DNA of 24,000 nucleotides from Chlamydiia bacterium (GTDB lineage Bacteria; Chlamydiota; Chlamydiia; Chlamydiales; JBMOFD01): NCBI GenBank assembly GCA_049314435.1, contig JBMOFD010000003.1, positions 1 to 24,000 of the forward strand, read 5' to 3'. Shown piece by piece: positions 23,062 to 24,000 of this stretch (position 1 is its first letter; each line of letters starts with the position of its first letter). The notes under the pieces were generated by a model. It saw only the letters and a program-made list of their open reading frames with translations, ran no database searches and was not told where the DNA came from. The position numbers and the translations under genes were made by a program.

Positions 23062-24000
23062 CTATTTTGATAAAACCTCAATCCCAGGGAGAGTCCCGAA
23101 CTCAATGAGCTCCAGGGAGGCTCCTCCTCCTGTTGAGACGTGATCGATCTGATCGGCTACACCAGCGCGTTCTACCACGGCGACCGTGTCGCCTCCTCCA
23201 ACGATGGAGTAGGCAGAGACGCTGGCGAGGAAGCGGGCGACATCAAGGGAGCCCTTGTCAAAGGGGGGATCTTCATAGCGTCCAAGGGGCCCGTTCCAGA
23301 ATACAGTGCGGGCATCAGAGATTTCGCATTCCATTCTTTGGACGGTATTGGGTCCAATATCGAGAGGGCTGGCCACAGGGGGCACGCTTTCTACGGGGCA
23401 GATAAGGGGGTCACTTTGATTGGGCATGCGGCATGAGAGGTCGACGGGGAGGAGGATCTTGCAGCCATGGGCTGCGGCCTCCTGCTCGATCGCTCGGGCG
23501 GTCTCCAGGTGATCCTTCTCGATGGGGGCGGTCCCCATCGAGAGGCCTCGACTGGCTAGGAAAGTTTGAGCCATGACCCCCCCTAGGCAGAGGGTATTGC
23601 ACAGCTGACAAAGGGCATGAAGAACGCCAATTTTGGTGCTCACCTTCGAGCCGCCTAAAATAGCGACTAGAGGCCGACGTGGATTCTGTAGGGCCAGAAG
23701 GGCTTTGACCTCAGCTATCATGAGGTCTCCCGCCACAGCTCGATCTCCGAAGAGTTTGGGTAGTTCGGTGACGGTTGTGTGAGCTCGATGGGCCGTGCCG
23801 AAAGCATCATTCACATAGGCTGTTCCGTAGGAGGCCAGCTGACGAGCCATCGAAGGATCTTGTTCCGGATGCTCCTCTCCAGGTAGGAATCGCACATTCT
23901 CTAGGAGGAGGAGTTCACCAGGACCAAGTTTCTGGCAGGCGGCCTGAGCTTGTGGTCCGACCACCTCGGGCACAAACTCCACAGGTCGATGAAGGAGCTC
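23062..24000 (-). CDS. pgk: Phosphoglycerate kinase (N-terminal ~90 codons lie beyond the window end)
   Basis: The frame stays open to base 24000 (...ELLHRPVEFVPEVVG). PGK motifs present: LLLENVRF, AYVNDAFGTAHRAH, ILGGSKVSTKI, FWNGPLG, GGGDT, GGGASLE. Confidence 0.93.
   Translation of the reverse strand, partial: ELLHRPVEFVPEVVGPQAQAACQKLGPGELLLLENVRFLPGEEHPEQDPSMARQLASYGTAYVNDAFGTAHRAHTTVTELPKLFGDRAVAGDLMIAEVKALLALQNPRRPLVAILGGSKVSTKIGVLHALCQLCNTLCLGGVMAQTFLASRGLSMGTAPIEKDHLETARAIEQEAAAHGCKILLPVDLSCRMPNQSDPLICPVESVPPVASPLDIGPNTVQRMECEISDARTVFWNGPLGRYEDPPFDKGSLDVARFLASVSAYSIVGGGDTVAVVERAGVADQIDHVSTGGGASLELIEFGTLPGIEVLSK

Noticed and set aside
1-24000. Searched by eye for CRISPR arrays, IS elements or transposase termini, integrase genes, prophage genes and rRNA
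   Set aside because: I found no regularly spaced direct repeats, no transposase or integrase-like ORFs, and no rRNA-like conserved blocks. The only DNA-level repeats are the 150-bp coding tandem in the giant ORF and the two 20-nt hairpin copies.

Overview
This 24-kb chromosomal window is GC-rich (about mid-50s % by eye, not computed) and almost fully coding. I found no rRNA, CRISPR array, transposase or integrase. All homology calls come from motif recognition by eye, since no searches were run.

Gene content and order suggest an obligate-intracellular PVC/Chlamydiota-like bacterium. The evidence is a chlamydia-style rpsL-rpsG-fusA-rpsJ cluster (no tuf, S10 detached from rplC) and an NTT/Tlc-type nucleotide transporter.

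Left to right the window holds:
- the 3' end of an unknown gene and a strong bidirectional terminator;
- rpsJ, fusA, rpsG and rpsL on the minus strand;
- a small unknown ORF coupled to scpB, then scpB and scpA;
- an orphan AbiEi-type antitoxin/regulator and tRNA-Ser(GCU);
- a DedA protein;
- an overlapping minus-strand chain sppA-polA-coaE-rho;
- a tight plus-strand membrane operon of MscS, DedA and a CDP-alcohol phosphatidyltransferase;
- a 1,689-aa ORF, then the NTT transporter and a partial pgk.

The strongest candidate for something undescribed is the 1,689-aa ORF (15894-20963, minus strand). Its first ~600 residues match PEP synthase motif by motif: an ATP-grasp domain plus a phosphohistidine swivel domain with the catalytic His retained. 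The PEP/pyruvate barrel is replaced by ~1,090 residues I cannot assign. The enzyme module is preceded by two tandem 50-residue repeats in a disordered-looking N-terminus. I read it as a dikinase with an unknown acceptor, possibly a secreted effector.

Secondary observations:
- AbiEi has no AbiEii toxin partner but keeps an intact-looking operator and promoter, next to the tRNA gene.
- An identical 20-nt palindromic hairpin occurs at two distant intergenic sites.
- Rho carries an ~85-residue Arg/Glu/Pro-rich N-terminal extension and has no leader of its own.
- The NTT gene has a long, strand-asymmetric leader.
- Several perfect inverted repeats sit at regulatory positions.
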